Counted from the whole stretch's first letter, positions 1 to 13,384 are shown. The stretch: DNA of 63,720 bases, filler included, from Lama guanicoe (GCA_013239625.1; 194 parts of 194 records of this genome joined end to end with filler, not necessarily neighbours in it), one strand, 5' to 3'. Notes: a model not told the origin generated them from the sequence alone. Numbers and translations are program-made.

Positions 1-229
1 CAAAAATGAATTACCTGCTGCACCCTTGGGCAATCTTCATGTGGTTTCTTGTGATTGTTTCTCAAAATTCAGTAAGAATTTTCTGTTAAATACTAGTAGC
101 TGGAGAGCAGGAGTTGAATTACATACCCGCTTATAACCACAAGTTATACAAAGATAGAATTACTTTATTTTATTTCTTGAAGAGCTCACTCTCCTCTCTA
201 AGCCACAAAACCTTAGAAGGAAAAAAAAA

Positions 230-329
230 NNNNNNNNNNNNNNNNNNNNNNNNNNNNNNNNNNNNNNNNNNNNTTAATTAATTAANNNNNNNNNNNNNNN
301 NNNNNNNNNNNNNNNNNNNNNNNNNNNNN
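230..329. other. Artificial 100-bp contig linker N44-TTAATTAATTAA-N44 (first of 193 copies, period about 329 bp)
   Basis: N at 230-273, TTAATTAATTAA at 274-285, N at 286-329. The palindromic 12-mer gives TAA in all six frames and recurs identically to the end of the window. Confidence 0.99.
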
Positions 330-1316
330 CATTGCCAGGTGGAAATGCAGGCCCCGGTTTACAGATTTTCTAAGTTTTGAAGAGAATCCAAAACTCTGTG
401 TGTGTGTGTCTTCCTGGTTTTAGGACAATGGCGACAATTTAAAAAACACTTTAGGGACAAAGGAAACAGCTGCTGTGTGAGGAAAGTGGCCAGGGGTATG
501 ACTTGTCTTCTGGGCGCCAGAGCAGTAAGTGCACAGGAGGATGATCACAGGAGCTTTANNNNNNNNNNNNNNNNNNNNNNNNNNNNNNNNNNNNNNNNNN
601 NNTTAATTAATTAANNNNNNNNNNNNNNNNNNNNNNNNNNNNNNNNNNNNNNNNNNNNTGGGGGATGAGGGTGCGGTCGGACCTCGGTCTCTCGCTATCA
701 CTTTGACATCCAATTGCCTCCTCGCTGTCCCCACCCACTCTGCTGCCTGTCACATGGCCGCTCAGGTGCCCCCTTGAGCCTCCCACCTGAGCTCCTGCCA
801 GGAAGCTTCTCTTCCTTCGACCCGTCCCACATTCATTTGCACACACATTCATTTTCATTTGGAAACAGAAGAAAAGGAGGAAAGAGGNNNNNNNNNNNNN
901 NNNNNNNNNNNNNNNNNNNNNNNNNNNNNNNTTAATTAATTAANNNNNNNNNNNNNNNNNNNNNNNNNNNNNNNNNNNNNNNNNNNNCCAGCATCTGGTG
1001 CAGGAGGCATCAATTGGCACATACTGTATTGGAGTTTAATTGCACGAATGTGCAGAGCAGTGTCTCAGGATATGATGGGTTACGTTTCCGTTTGTCAAGG
1101 CTGTGGGTTTGGGACATTCAGAATCTTTGGGGAAAGTGAGCCTGTTACCCTTTCATGGATGACACTCACACTTGTCTTTAACACTTTATAGCTCTTCAAC
1201 TCTGTAGGGATTCAGCNNNNNNNNNNNNNNNNNNNNNNNNNNNNNNNNNNNNNNNNNNNNTTAATTAATTAANNNNNNNNNNNNNNNNNNNNNNNNNNNN
1301 NNNNNNNNNNNNNNNN

Positions 1317-1450
1317 CAGATTTTGGAGGTAGAGCTGGTTGCATTTCATGAGAGATTCCTGAGGGACTGGATGTGGTGACAGGGGAAAAAAAGGACTCAA
1401 GAATGACTTCAAATGTTTTAACCTGAGATGAAGGGTGGAGTTCAACTAAA
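1317..1450 (-). mobile_element. L2 LINE remnant
   Basis: 'attttggaggtagagctgg...ggactggatgtgg...gactcaagaatgacttcaaatgttttaacctgag' resembles antisense L2 consensus as recalled. Confidence 0.6.
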
Positions 1451-1645
1451 AGATGAGCTAGAAATGGGAGCTCTCACCAACCGCGGTAGGACTCCGTATT
1501 CATGATTATGGCCACCAGCAAAACCTCAGCCTATTTGCTGAACTTNNNNNNNNNNNNNNNNNNNNNNNNNNNNNNNNNNNNNNNNNNNNTTAATTAATTA
1601 ANNNNNNNNNNNNNNNNNNNNNNNNNNNNNNNNNNNNNNNNNNNN

Positions 1646-1690
1646 AGGAAGGAAGGAAGGAAGGAAGGAAGGAAGGAAGGAAGGAAGGAA
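1646..1690. repeat. (AGGA)n microsatellite
   Basis: About 11 perfect AGGA units at the contig start. Confidence 0.98.
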
Positions 1691-2339
1691 AACAGATTCT
1701 AAAGTCACTCTCTTAGCTGTTCTTAATATTCCATAAATTATAAATTAAGATGAACAAGACAAGAGCTCTGTATTACAAAGAGTTAAATTATTTTGCAATT
1801 CTGACAGAGAACTATACTATAAACTTTATTTAAGAAAAGGAAAGGGGCTGGGGGTTGGGGAGGAATAGAGTGNNNNNNNNNNNNNNNNNNNNNNNNNNNN
1901 NNNNNNNNNNNNNNNNTTAATTAATTAANNNNNNNNNNNNNNNNNNNNNNNNNNNNNNNNNNNNNNNNNNNNTGAAAAGCATTCAAGAGCATCTTGTTTA
2001 AATCACCTGTAAGTCATAAGAATCAACTGCCATGAAATGACAGCTCATAGTGAGAGACTTACAACTTGACAAACACTTCTTAATCCTTTAGAGCAGTTGA
2101 AACTTTGGAAAGCTTATGGGTCTTGACATTTCCTTCTATTTATAGATAAATGACTAGCATATGGGTCAGGTCAGGATAATCTTATCAGAAGCATTTACAA
2201 ANNNNNNNNNNNNNNNNNNNNNNNNNNNNNNNNNNNNNNNNNNNNTTAATTAATTAANNNNNNNNNNNNNNNNNNNNNNNNNNNNNNNNNNNNNNNNNNN
2301 NAATAATTAAATTCTATTTCACTGGGTTGAGGATCAATG

Positions 2340-2510
2340 AATTGGGGTATAAACCAAGCTGAGTCTGAATCTTGCCATTGGGTGTCCCTGGACAAATTAT
2401 ATGAATTGTTCTGTATATTAATTTTTCAGCTATAAAATTGGGATAATATAACCAGCCTCACCAGATCATTCATGGAGTTACAAGAAAATAGTTGTATCTG
2501 GCAAGTATAT
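2340..2510 (+). mobile_element. MIR SINE remnant
   Basis: 'ctgagtctgaatcttgcc...ctggacaaattat...cagctataaaattgggataata' follows the MIR core (CTGTAAAATGGGGATAATA). Confidence 0.65.
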
Positions 2511-3617
2511 TTGTTCTTTCTCTCCATATTNNNNNNNNNNNNNNNNNNNNNNNNNNNNNNNNNNNNNNNNNNNNTTAATTAATTAANNNNNNNNNNNNNN
2601 NNNNNNNNNNNNNNNNNNNNNNNNNNNNNNGAAATATGCATTTTTGATAAATGATTCATGATGGGAAAATTCCCATTTTTAGCACATCCTTAAAAGACAA
2701 TTATATACTGACTTTTAAAAAGCCAATAACGTAAAATAGGGCTTAATTTCCCTGCATCCTCACTAACCCAAGTGCTGCTTCTTTGCCAGGTTAATTGATA
2801 AAGTGGTATGTTTTTTCATATTTTTAATTATTACAAGGTTAGCTATCCAGATGTATGTANNNNNNNNNNNNNNNNNNNNNNNNNNNNNNNNNNNNNNNNN
2901 NNNTTAATTAATTAANNNNNNNNNNNNNNNNNNNNNNNNNNNNNNNNNNNNNNNNNNNNCTCTTTAAACACCTGCAGTTGCTCTGGTCTCTGAATGGGGC
3001 CCAAATCAAACCACTGGGTCCCAGCCCACAGGGGTTAAGCACTCTCCTTAGTTCTTCCTTTTCTCATTGGCTCGTTTCTCTGAAATGCCTGTGCCTGGCA
3101 TTTTGTGCCAGGGAAAGCCTTCTAATAAACAGCTTGGGAGACCGATGTGCTGGCGGAGACAGAACAGGCCCACGAGGGGGTGGGAGAGNNNNNNNNNNNN
3201 NNNNNNNNNNNNNNNNNNNNNNNNNNNNNNNNTTAATTAATTAANNNNNNNNNNNNNNNNNNNNNNNNNNNNNNNNNNNNNNNNNNNNCTTAGGTTCTAT
3301 TCCTTCCAATCAAACTATCATTGCCTAGTAACAGTTTTTATCAACCTAATATAACACTAATTTTTGGCTCATATTCTTCACACAGATGACTAAAAGGCCC
3401 AGGTTTTTCACATGAACTCCTGCTAAAATTCAGCAGTTCTAAGTGCAATAGATTTTTCTGGAAGTTTACTCATTCATCCATTCATTCAGCAGGAGCTGCA
3501 TCTTAAGCAACTACTATNNNNNNNNNNNNNNNNNNNNNNNNNNNNNNNNNNNNNNNNNNNNTTAATTAATTAANNNNNNNNNNNNNNNNNNNNNNNNNNN
3601 NNNNNNNNNNNNNNNNN

Positions 3618-3846
3618 ATACATATATATTTTTTCAGACTTTTTCCCATGATATCTTATCACAAGACATGGAAAACAGTTCCCTGCACTATACAGCAGCT
3701 CTTTGTTTTATTTCTGTGTTACATAAGGTAATGTGCATCTGTGAATCCCAAACTCTTAATTTATCCCTCCCTTGCCCTATGCACTTTGGTGAACATCGTT
3801 TTCAATGTCCATGAGTCTACTTTTGTCTTGTGAGTAAAATCTTTTT
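3618..3846 (-). mobile_element. L1 3' UTR fragment
   Basis: 'agttccctgcactatacagcag...tcccaaactcttaatttatccctccc' is typical antisense cetartiodactyl L1 3' end. Confidence 0.8.
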
Positions 3847-5262
3847 NNNNNNNNNNNNNNNNNNNNNNNNNNNNNNNNNNNNNNNNNNNNTTAATTAATT
3901 AANNNNNNNNNNNNNNNNNNNNNNNNNNNNNNNNNNNNNNNNNNNNTGCCTGTCTTCCTGGTTTTTATTCATCTTATTACAGTTTTCAAAGCATCGTTAA
4001 CCCCGTTCTTTCTCAATACAGCTTTTCAGGATAAGCAATGCAGGTTTTCATATTCTAAGTTTTATACGTAAATGAAAATTGAAGTTCAGAGACTTGAAGT
4101 GGCTGGAATCGCAAGTGATTAAGTCATAAGACGTAGTCTAGTAGGATGAAGGTCTGTGCACTTTTGTTCTGGTTCNNNNNNNNNNNNNNNNNNNNNNNNN
4201 NNNNNNNNNNNNNNNNNNNTTAATTAATTAANNNNNNNNNNNNNNNNNNNNNNNNNNNNNNNNNNNNNNNNNNNNCTTTTTTTTTTAAAACTTAGGGAGA
4301 AATCTAACAAAAGAAAATCAAAACTTCTATAAAGGAAAATCTGAGGCAAAAGTAAACCTTATACTATTTAGGAATTATATGGGAAAACTGAAAAAAAAAT
4401 CAAAGAAACAATGTACACTGGATTCAGGATAGTGGTAACCCCTGGGGTGGGGGAGAAGGTGATGTTGTGGGGAGGACACACAGGGGCCTCAGGGGGTCAG
4501 TGACNNNNNNNNNNNNNNNNNNNNNNNNNNNNNNNNNNNNNNNNNNNNTTAATTAATTAANNNNNNNNNNNNNNNNNNNNNNNNNNNNNNNNNNNNNNNN
4601 NNNNATGGAGTATAAACTTTAAATATTGTATAAAAATATATAAGGTTGAAAGCAAAAAAAAAATTTTTGTTCTTTGAAAGTTCTTGGGTTTTTGGTTTGT
4701 TTGAAGTTTGGGGTTTTCTGTTTTGTTTTGTTTTGTTTTTTGACTAATAGCATTTGTTCCCCAAAAGTAATAACTCTCCAAGGATATTGATAACTTTTTG
4801 GTGTTTTGCTGTCTTCTTTTCTCTGCATTGCTTNNNNNNNNNNNNNNNNNNNNNNNNNNNNNNNNNNNNNNNNNNNNTTAATTAATTAANNNNNNNNNNN
4901 NNNNNNNNNNNNNNNNNNNNNNNNNNNNNNNNNTGGTAGTTGGCTGATAAATGAACATTTTCCCTCCTTTCTTAGCAACTCATTTTTGCCTAGATATAAA
5001 CGTTAGAAATTAAAATAATGTTATTTAGAGAGCAAGTGACAAGAAAACCTTAGATATTAATTTTACTTACTGAAGTTCCCTCTGAAACCATATCCTACTT
5101 AAATTTCAAGATACAATTCAAACGTCATCTTCTACCATCTCTATTCCTAGTGCCAAAATTAGNNNNNNNNNNNNNNNNNNNNNNNNNNNNNNNNNNNNNN
5201 NNNNNNTTAATTAATTAANNNNNNNNNNNNNNNNNNNNNNNNNNNNNNNNNNNNNNNNNNNN

Positions 5263-5491
5263 ACATTCTTTTTAGTCTTGCAAATTGCCCTCCACCTCCT
5301 GCCACATGTCTTTTTTTCTGATTTCATAAATGATGCTCCAGAAATCCTTCTATATACCAATTGCTTGTTTACCCCAAGTTCCTTCACTTTTTAAACAGTG
5401 ACCCCCAAATGAAAGGCAATATCCACCTGCATTCTCATTTCTTATGTATGACTCCAAAGTTGCTAGAAAATCACTTCGGAGCACCATAAAT
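5263..5491 (+). repeat. Near-duplicate contig A1 (reverse complement of 33883-34111)
   Basis: Full-length alignment with 6 substitutions and 49 identical bases at each end. Confidence 0.95.
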
Positions 5492-6907
5492 NNNNNNNNN
5501 NNNNNNNNNNNNNNNNNNNNNNNNNNNNNNNNNNNTTAATTAATTAANNNNNNNNNNNNNNNNNNNNNNNNNNNNNNNNNNNNNNNNNNNNTGAAAGTGC
5601 AATCCTGTATGTAAAATCTGGGAGGGAGGATTTCTTGCTGGCAGGATTATTATAGATGTACTACATTATACTAATGTTTTAAAAATAGAGCCATTTTCTG
5701 TGGCATTTGCTATGTCACAAATACCCTTTAGAATACCACTGAGACATGGATTACTTTTGTCAAATGTTTATGTGATTGCATTGTTGTAATTTGAAGTTAA
5801 TACAAAAATAATAGTTATTANNNNNNNNNNNNNNNNNNNNNNNNNNNNNNNNNNNNNNNNNNNNTTAATTAATTAANNNNNNNNNNNNNNNNNNNNNNNN
5901 NNNNNNNNNNNNNNNNNNNNCAGGATTCAGTTCCACCCCTCCCCCAACCCCTCATCCAGGGCAGCCGTGAACCTCTTCTCTCCCCGTCACATTTTGCCAT
6001 TTCAAGGACGTTGGGTAGATGCAGTTGCACAGAATGTCATCATGGGTCTGGTTTCTTTCACGTCATGTATTTGAGGTTCATCCATGTGGTGTGTGATCCG
6101 TAGTTTATTCCCCTTTTTTTCCCTCTTTGGCTGAGCAGTATTCCGTTGANNNNNNNNNNNNNNNNNNNNNNNNNNNNNNNNNNNNNNNNNNNNTTAATTA
6201 ATTAANNNNNNNNNNNNNNNNNNNNNNNNNNNNNNNNNNNNNNNNNNNNAAAACAGCTCTACTCACAGATCTGGTCTTTTAGTGAATCCTCTTTTTTTAT
6301 TCTAGAGCACCTTGGCATTTATTTTAACTTTTCACTGGAATTTAAGTAGGGGTGGTGGGAGCTGAGGGGGCACAGAATGAAAGTGCCCATGGACCACATT
6401 CCTTTAAGACTGGAAATATGCATATACATATGAGCGCATGTGTGCATCTACAGACAAGCCCTGTGGCAGACAAGCCAANNNNNNNNNNNNNNNNNNNNNN
6501 NNNNNNNNNNNNNNNNNNNNNNTTAATTAATTAANNNNNNNNNNNNNNNNNNNNNNNNNNNNNNNNNNNNNNNNNNNNGTTTGACCTTCACCAGGGTGTC
6601 TTGTAAAAATCTTTGAAATTCTCATTTCTCCAGAATACACATCTGTAGCTGTTCTCAAACTGGCACATTTTAATAAAGTCAGGAGATAATGTCCTTGGTT
6701 GTTTTTCCTCCTTCCGTGTTATTAAATGAAAGAACATGTATCTGTATTAATTAGAAGATACATCATAGCAAAGATGTGCTATTATAGAAGATACAAAAAA
6801 GCGTCAANNNNNNNNNNNNNNNNNNNNNNNNNNNNNNNNNNNNNNNNNNNNTTAATTAATTAANNNNNNNNNNNNNNNNNNNNNNNNNNNNNNNNNNNNN
6901 NNNNNNN

Positions 6908-7110
6908 GACAACAGTGAACCTCTGTAATCAGCTGCCCCAGTACTGACATGAAGGATGTAGCCTTGGCAGCAGGGATGGAGTGTGTCTGGGTCAGCAGCC
7001 TGGTCCCAACAGCCCAACCAAGGCCAACACAGGTAATGCCAGCAAATCCAACCTGCCAGTAACAGAGACCACTGCTGAGAGGCAGTCTGACAACATTAGA
7101 TCCCTTCTAT
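6908..7110 (+). mobile_element. ERVL internal region (degenerate integrase)
   Basis: 'ggcagcagggatgga...gggtcagcagc...accaaggccaac...ccaacctgccagtaacagagaccactgctgag' tracks the ERVL motif GGRDGG..WAQQ..TKADL..CP.CQQQRP.LS. Confidence 0.7.
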
Positions 7111-8267
7111 CCCAAAGGGTAAGAAATTCATTCTGANNNNNNNNNNNNNNNNNNNNNNNNNNNNNNNNNNNNNNNNNNNNTTAATTAATTAANNNNNNNN
7201 NNNNNNNNNNNNNNNNNNNNNNNNNNNNNNNNNNNNGAGTTTCCAACTCTACAGCTGGCACTTTCACTCTCTACATTACTAATTTTCCCTCTGATAATGT
7301 GAGTTTAGAGAAAGTAGAAAGATGAGAACAAAGAGCTGATGAAAATAAGCAGAATGACAGGTGGAAGGAGGTTAGTGGCACAGAGGAGGAGGAGCAGGAC
7401 AGCCTGGGCCACCAGAAAGCCACTTCTCCTCATCTGGACCAGATGTGCAAACACTGAGTAAGAAANNNNNNNNNNNNNNNNNNNNNNNNNNNNNNNNNNN
7501 NNNNNNNNNTTAATTAATTAANNNNNNNNNNNNNNNNNNNNNNNNNNNNNNNNNNNNNNNNNNNNAGAAAAAAAGATAGGAGAAAAATCTCTAAGATCCA
7601 AACTGCATTTTTTCATGTTTTAAAAGAATCCAAATTACCCAGCAAAACTAATGTCAAACGAAACTCTATCAAAGTGTATCATGTAATTTCAGAACACCCA
7701 GAGATAGAGACAGTTTTAAAACTTTCTATAGAGAAAACAACTCCAAAATTACTATCCCAGATTCTCAAAAGTGACACTATTAATTTTCTTTTGCNNNNNN
7801 NNNNNNNNNNNNNNNNNNNNNNNNNNNNNNNNNNNNNNTTAATTAATTAANNNNNNNNNNNNNNNNNNNNNNNNNNNNNNNNNNNNNNNNNNNNCTGTTG
7901 ATTGTCCTCATGACCCATCCCCACCACTCCCTGCTTCTCCTTATGAAACCCGACTCAAGTTCCAGCAGGCGCCTCATGATGTGGAGCAATGAGAAAGTGT
8001 GTTATACTCCAAAAGAACCACTAGAATCCGTTAATGTAGACAGACACACATTTTTTATGGCTGAATAGTATTCCATAGTACAAATAAACTACAACTTCTT
8101 TATCCAATCATCTGTCAATGGACNNNNNNNNNNNNNNNNNNNNNNNNNNNNNNNNNNNNNNNNNNNNTTAATTAATTAANNNNNNNNNNNNNNNNNNNNN
8201 NNNNNNNNNNNNNNNNNNNNNNNAAACTTGAAGTCTCCTTTCTTAGAGTCTAAAGGTAGGATATAAA

Positions 8268-8279
8268 ATGATGATGATG

Positions 8280-8312
<33 letters not shown>

Positions 8313-8415
8313 TTTATAATAATATTTATATTATAGTATAATAATATTAATTATAATAATATTTATTATTTAATATTTATAATAATATTTATTATTATTA
8401 TTATTATTATTATTT
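8268..8415. repeat. AT-rich compound repeat (GAT)n(AAT)n...(ATT)n
   Basis: Almost pure A/T tract with an AAT run at the left end and an ATT run at the right end. Confidence 0.95.
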
Positions 8416-8551
8416 CACTCATCTGTGAAATACTGAGATTTTGTTTTGGTCNNNNNNNNNNNNNNNNNNNNNNNNNNNNNNNNNNNNNNNNNNNNTTAAT
8501 TAATTAANNNNNNNNNNNNNNNNNNNNNNNNNNNNNNNNNNNNNNNNNNNN

Positions 8552-8780
8552 CACCACCACATGCTCCTCCTCCTCCTCCACATCCTCCTCCTCCACATCC
8601 ACCTTCTCCTCCACATCCTCCTCCTCCTCATCCACATCCTCCGCCTCCACATCCTCATCCTCCACATCCTCCTCCTCCTCCTCTACATCCTACTCCACAT
8701 CCTCCTCCTCCTCCACATCCTCCTCCTCCTGCTCCACATCCTCCTCCTCCTCCTCCACCTCCTCTTTCTCCACCTCCTCC
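8552..8780. repeat. (CTC)n/CACATC compound trinucleotide repeat
   Basis: The whole contig is CTC runs interrupted by CAC ATC. Confidence 0.95.
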
Positions 8781-10619
8781 NNNNNNNNNNNNNNNNNNNN
8801 NNNNNNNNNNNNNNNNNNNNNNNNTTAATTAATTAANNNNNNNNNNNNNNNNNNNNNNNNNNNNNNNNNNNNNNNNNNNNAGTAAACATGTTGAAGGAGT
8901 AAATTAAGTACCTCTGAAATTTTACAAAACAAGAAAATTGATAGAAACACAATCTCTAAGCAGTAGTGCTAGATGGCTATCATTCAGACAGGGAAGAGAA
9001 ATATACTTTCCACTTCATATATTCTTTTTATAACTTTTGAATGAACACATTAATTGTATGCATTCACATTTAAATATAAATATTTCAGATAGAAAGGATG
9101 TTTCTTAGANNNNNNNNNNNNNNNNNNNNNNNNNNNNNNNNNNNNNNNNNNNNTTAATTAATTAANNNNNNNNNNNNNNNNNNNNNNNNNNNNNNNNNNN
9201 NNNNNNNNNACTGCTTTATATATAGTGTAAAGATCTTTTGACGGTATATTTCCAGTTCTTCCCTCTCATCTCTTTTACTATTATTTTCATAATTTACTTC
9301 TAAATATGCTATTAATTCACAATATGTTGTTGTCATTACAGCTTTAAACAGTCAGGAATCCTTTACATAACTTAAAAATAAGAAAGACATTTTAATTTAC
9401 CTTCATTTATTTCTTTGTTGATGCTCTTTGCTTCTTTGNNNNNNNNNNNNNNNNNNNNNNNNNNNNNNNNNNNNNNNNNNNNTTAATTAATTAANNNNNN
9501 NNNNNNNNNNNNNNNNNNNNNNNNNNNNNNNNNNNNNNCTTCGTGGTGAAGCAGTTTTTACATGGTCATGTTGTTAACACACTAAAGTTTAATTGTTTAA
9601 GGAAATATACTACAAATATCACCAAAGGATGAAGCAGGGGAGGTGGTTTGGGGTGAAAAGTAGCTAAATCCAAGAAGTTGATAGGCAGTGTCTAAATTTG
9701 AGAACTCAAGATGTAAGTCTGGAGCTATGGCTATAACGACCCAAGTAAAAAGCTAAAGGATGAAAAANNNNNNNNNNNNNNNNNNNNNNNNNNNNNNNNN
9801 NNNNNNNNNNNTTAATTAATTAANNNNNNNNNNNNNNNNNNNNNNNNNNNNNNNNNNNNNNNNNNNNAAAGAACGTCTCTCCACATGCTCAGTTCTGAGA
9901 GATAATTGGGTGTGAAGCTGCCCTTCACCTAGCTAGATGGGAACTCAAAGTTTCTTTTCAGTTGGAAATTACATTATATACATATATATGGGGAGGTACT
10001 GGCTCCAAATCGGTTTTACAGTGAAAACAGCAGGAACTTCAAAACGGCACTAGGAAACAGATTGAGAATCCATTGTAAGTGTTTCTCCTGCAAACNNNNN
10101 NNNNNNNNNNNNNNNNNNNNNNNNNNNNNNNNNNNNNNNTTAATTAATTAANNNNNNNNNNNNNNNNNNNNNNNNNNNNNNNNNNNNNNNNNNNNGAACC
10201 CATGCGCTGCCGATCGTTGGTGGAACCTTCCCATGCTCATGATTCCGGAACCATAATCAGTGAGTGGTGGAGCTGGTGACACAACTCCACGAAGCTCTCT
10301 TCAGTCACAGGTGTTCCCTGTCTGGGAGTTTCCGAGAAATACCTTCTCAAAATTTGGGCTGGCTTCTGCTGACTCTGGGCATTCCAGCGCAGATCCCTTG
10401 CATTCACTGGCAGCCAGTACTAANNNNNNNNNNNNNNNNNNNNNNNNNNNNNNNNNNNNNNNNNNNNTTAATTAATTAANNNNNNNNNNNNNNNNNNNNN
10501 NNNNNNNNNNNNNNNNNNNNNNNTGTCAAGGTGTAAGCACCCCTGCCAAGGGTTCTGTCTCCCCAGCCGAGAGCTAAGCTTGCTCTAGCATGGAGAAAAT
10601 GTAGGAACAGAAGCCAGGG

Positions 10620-10696
10620 GACAGGAGCCATAAGTAACAGTAAATGAATGGGTGTGGCTGTGTTCCAAAAAGACTTCATTTAGTTTGCCAACCTCC
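10620..10696. mobile_element. MER58-like hAT-Charlie DNA transposon remnant
   Basis: 'gccataagtaacagtaaatgaatgggtgtggctgtgttccaaaaagactt...tagtttgccaacc' matches the recalled MER58 consensus. Confidence 0.7.
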
Positions 10697-10968
10697 AAGC
10701 CCTAACAGAAAGTCCAGCACACAATAGCTACAGGTGGATGCCTAGTGAAGCANNNNNNNNNNNNNNNNNNNNNNNNNNNNNNNNNNNNNNNNNNNNTTAA
10801 TTAATTAANNNNNNNNNNNNNNNNNNNNNNNNNNNNNNNNNNNNNNNNNNNNGGATCTAGTCTCTAAAAGTATTATTTAAAAGTCACATTTTATAAGCTA
10901 GTTCTCTTTCCCATGATACTGTCTCTTGTTTAATTTAAACATTATAAATATGATTTCACTTGTTTCAG

Positions 10969-11013
10969 GTGCAGCAGGGGTTGGAAAAAATATAACTAGA
11001 GAACTAGAAGAAG
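10969..11013 (+). pseudogene. ANKRD26: ANKRD26-family near-terminal exon with apparent 1-nt deletion
   Basis: Acceptor ttgtttcag, 45-nt exon, donor AAG|gtatgt. Reads VQQGLEK then, after a frameshift, NITRELEE, versus recalled human MQQELEKNITRELKE. With 6 As the phase-0 frame reaches TAA. Confidence 0.75.
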
Positions 11014-13209
11014 GTATGTTGCCAAAATGTATGAATTACATTTAGACATTGATTTCTGAAATAAACTGTAAATGGTAAATANNNNNNNNNNNNNNNNNNN
11101 NNNNNNNNNNNNNNNNNNNNNNNNNTTAATTAATTAANNNNNNNNNNNNNNNNNNNNNNNNNNNNNNNNNNNNNNNNNNNNCCTAATTTGTTGAGAAGCT
11201 TTATCATGGAAGGATGTTGAATTTTGTCAACTGCTCTTTCTGCATACAAACAAAACTAAGAAAAATGATCTTATGTGCATTTTAGAAGACAGGTTATATA
11301 TGAATAAAACATGCATACAAAATACCAATCAGAAGATAGACGTTTCTAGAATATCATGTGCTAAATTATTAAGACTATCCCTTGGCCCCTTCCCCCAAAG
11401 AAATTATTAANNNNNNNNNNNNNNNNNNNNNNNNNNNNNNNNNNNNNNNNNNNNTTAATTAATTAANNNNNNNNNNNNNNNNNNNNNNNNNNNNNNNNNN
11501 NNNNNNNNNNAAGAGAAGGCTCAATGTTACCTTCCACTGACAAACTTACTGCTTAAACTTCTCAAAAAAAAAAAAAAAGCTTTACTCCCTTTTCCTGTAT
11601 TACACACAATAAAATTCCATCCTATGAAAAAGCTCCTTGCTTTTATTCTCACTTGTCAATATATCCTGGAAATTGTTCTGTATCAATTCATAGAGTCCTT
11701 TTGTATGTTGTTTCAGGCTGCTTAGTACTTCATTGCATCNNNNNNNNNNNNNNNNNNNNNNNNNNNNNNNNNNNNNNNNNNNNTTAATTAATTAANNNNN
11801 NNNNNNNNNNNNNNNNNNNNNNNNNNNNNNNNNNNNNNNGCGAGCGTGGCCCCCAGGGAGAGCGCACGCCCAGCTCCTCCTGCCCGGTGCCTCCCCTTCT
11901 CCTGCCACAGGGCCCCCAGACGCCCCACTCACTCTGACTCTGCCCTGTGCAGACACCAACGCTCCCAGGGAGCAGGGAGCTCCGGGCGTTAGGGGAACGG
12001 CTCGGAGGGCAGGCATGCGACCACCACCCGCCCTCTCCTCTGACTCTACGTGTGTCGATCACTTACTTNNNNNNNNNNNNNNNNNNNNNNNNNNNNNNNN
12101 NNNNNNNNNNNNTTAATTAATTAANNNNNNNNNNNNNNNNNNNNNNNNNNNNNNNNNNNNNNNNNNNNTACACGCACAACCAGCTGACCAGCACAGGCCG
12201 GCTCTTAAGGACGCTGATGGCCATCAGCTTGTTGGTGGATGTTCGTTGTGACAAGCAGGTCCACCTGGGGCTCTCCCCCACTTGTCCTTTCTGCTCCTGA
12301 CCCGGCTGTGGTGCAGTTGGATGTCAGCGGAGCGCCTTCTTAGTCTGGTCCCCTGTGTGCGGTGCTCAGGGATGCGGGAGCGGGAGTCCTGGAGTCANNN
12401 NNNNNNNNNNNNNNNNNNNNNNNNNNNNNNNNNNNNNNNNNTTAATTAATTAANNNNNNNNNNNNNNNNNNNNNNNNNNNNNNNNNNNNNNNNNNNNCCA
12501 AGGTGGCAGTGTTGGCATTGGCTCTGCCTAGAGACACGATTGCGCAGGGTAGCAAGACCTGGCCTTTGACTGACTAGGTATGCGGTCTCTGATTGGCTGA
12601 GCGCACACCCCGAGAGTACCTTTCTTGGTGTAAAAAAATAAAAGATATTGAATAGACAAGTCAGTTTAGAGGACAGACCTGAGCCGAAGAAGGATGGCGA
12701 AGCATCTGAGGACCTCCCCGGTGGCTNNNNNNNNNNNNNNNNNNNNNNNNNNNNNNNNNNNNNNNNNNNNTTAATTAATTAANNNNNNNNNNNNNNNNNN
12801 NNNNNNNNNNNNNNNNNNNNNNNNNNCAAGAGTTTCCAGGCCAAACCACAAGGAAGAGGAACACAGGGAGAGCCTAGAGGTCTCCAAGCGGAGGAGACAG
12901 CTGCGAGTCTGGGGAGGTCAAGGTGGCCAGAGTCGGCAGGGCAAAGCGCCAAGGAGGGAGATCCCTAGAGAGAGCAAGCTCTGGAGATCTGCAGAGGGTC
13001 CCTCTTGGAGTCTTCAGCAGATTAACGTTCAGCACATGCAGCAAAGGCCCAAGGCNNNNNNNNNNNNNNNNNNNNNNNNNNNNNNNNNNNNNNNNNNNNT
13101 TAATTAATTAANNNNNNNNNNNNNNNNNNNNNNNNNNNNNNNNNNNNNNNNNNNNTTACAAAGGGCACTTCTGGTCACTTAGACGTAGTATGTGGCATGA
13201 CTGAGGAAT

Positions 13210-13384
13210 TATTCTGAGACTCTACGCAGCATAACATAGTGATTTAATTCATGGAGTTTTAATTAACAAGTAGAGTCAAATTCTAACTCACTCATTTACA
13301 AGTTGAAAATGCTGCAACATGTTGTTTAACTTCACTGAGTTTCAATTTCATTATCTAAATATTAAATGTTTCTGAAGATTTAAT
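13210..13384 (+). mobile_element. MIR SINE remnant
   Basis: 'gcagcataacatagtg...gagtcaaattcta...tttaacttcactgagtttcaatttcattatctaaa'. Confidence 0.65.

Noticed and set aside
8561..8836. Leu/His-rich ORF, or a Glu-rich protein on the opposite strand
   Set aside because: It is a translation of a CTC microsatellite, and the Glu frame on the minus strand contains an in-frame TAG.
12498..12726. Promoter-like fragment (inverted CCAAT, ATGGCG start)
   Set aside because: The CpG density is modest and the 11-codon peptide is not recognisable, so support is insufficient.
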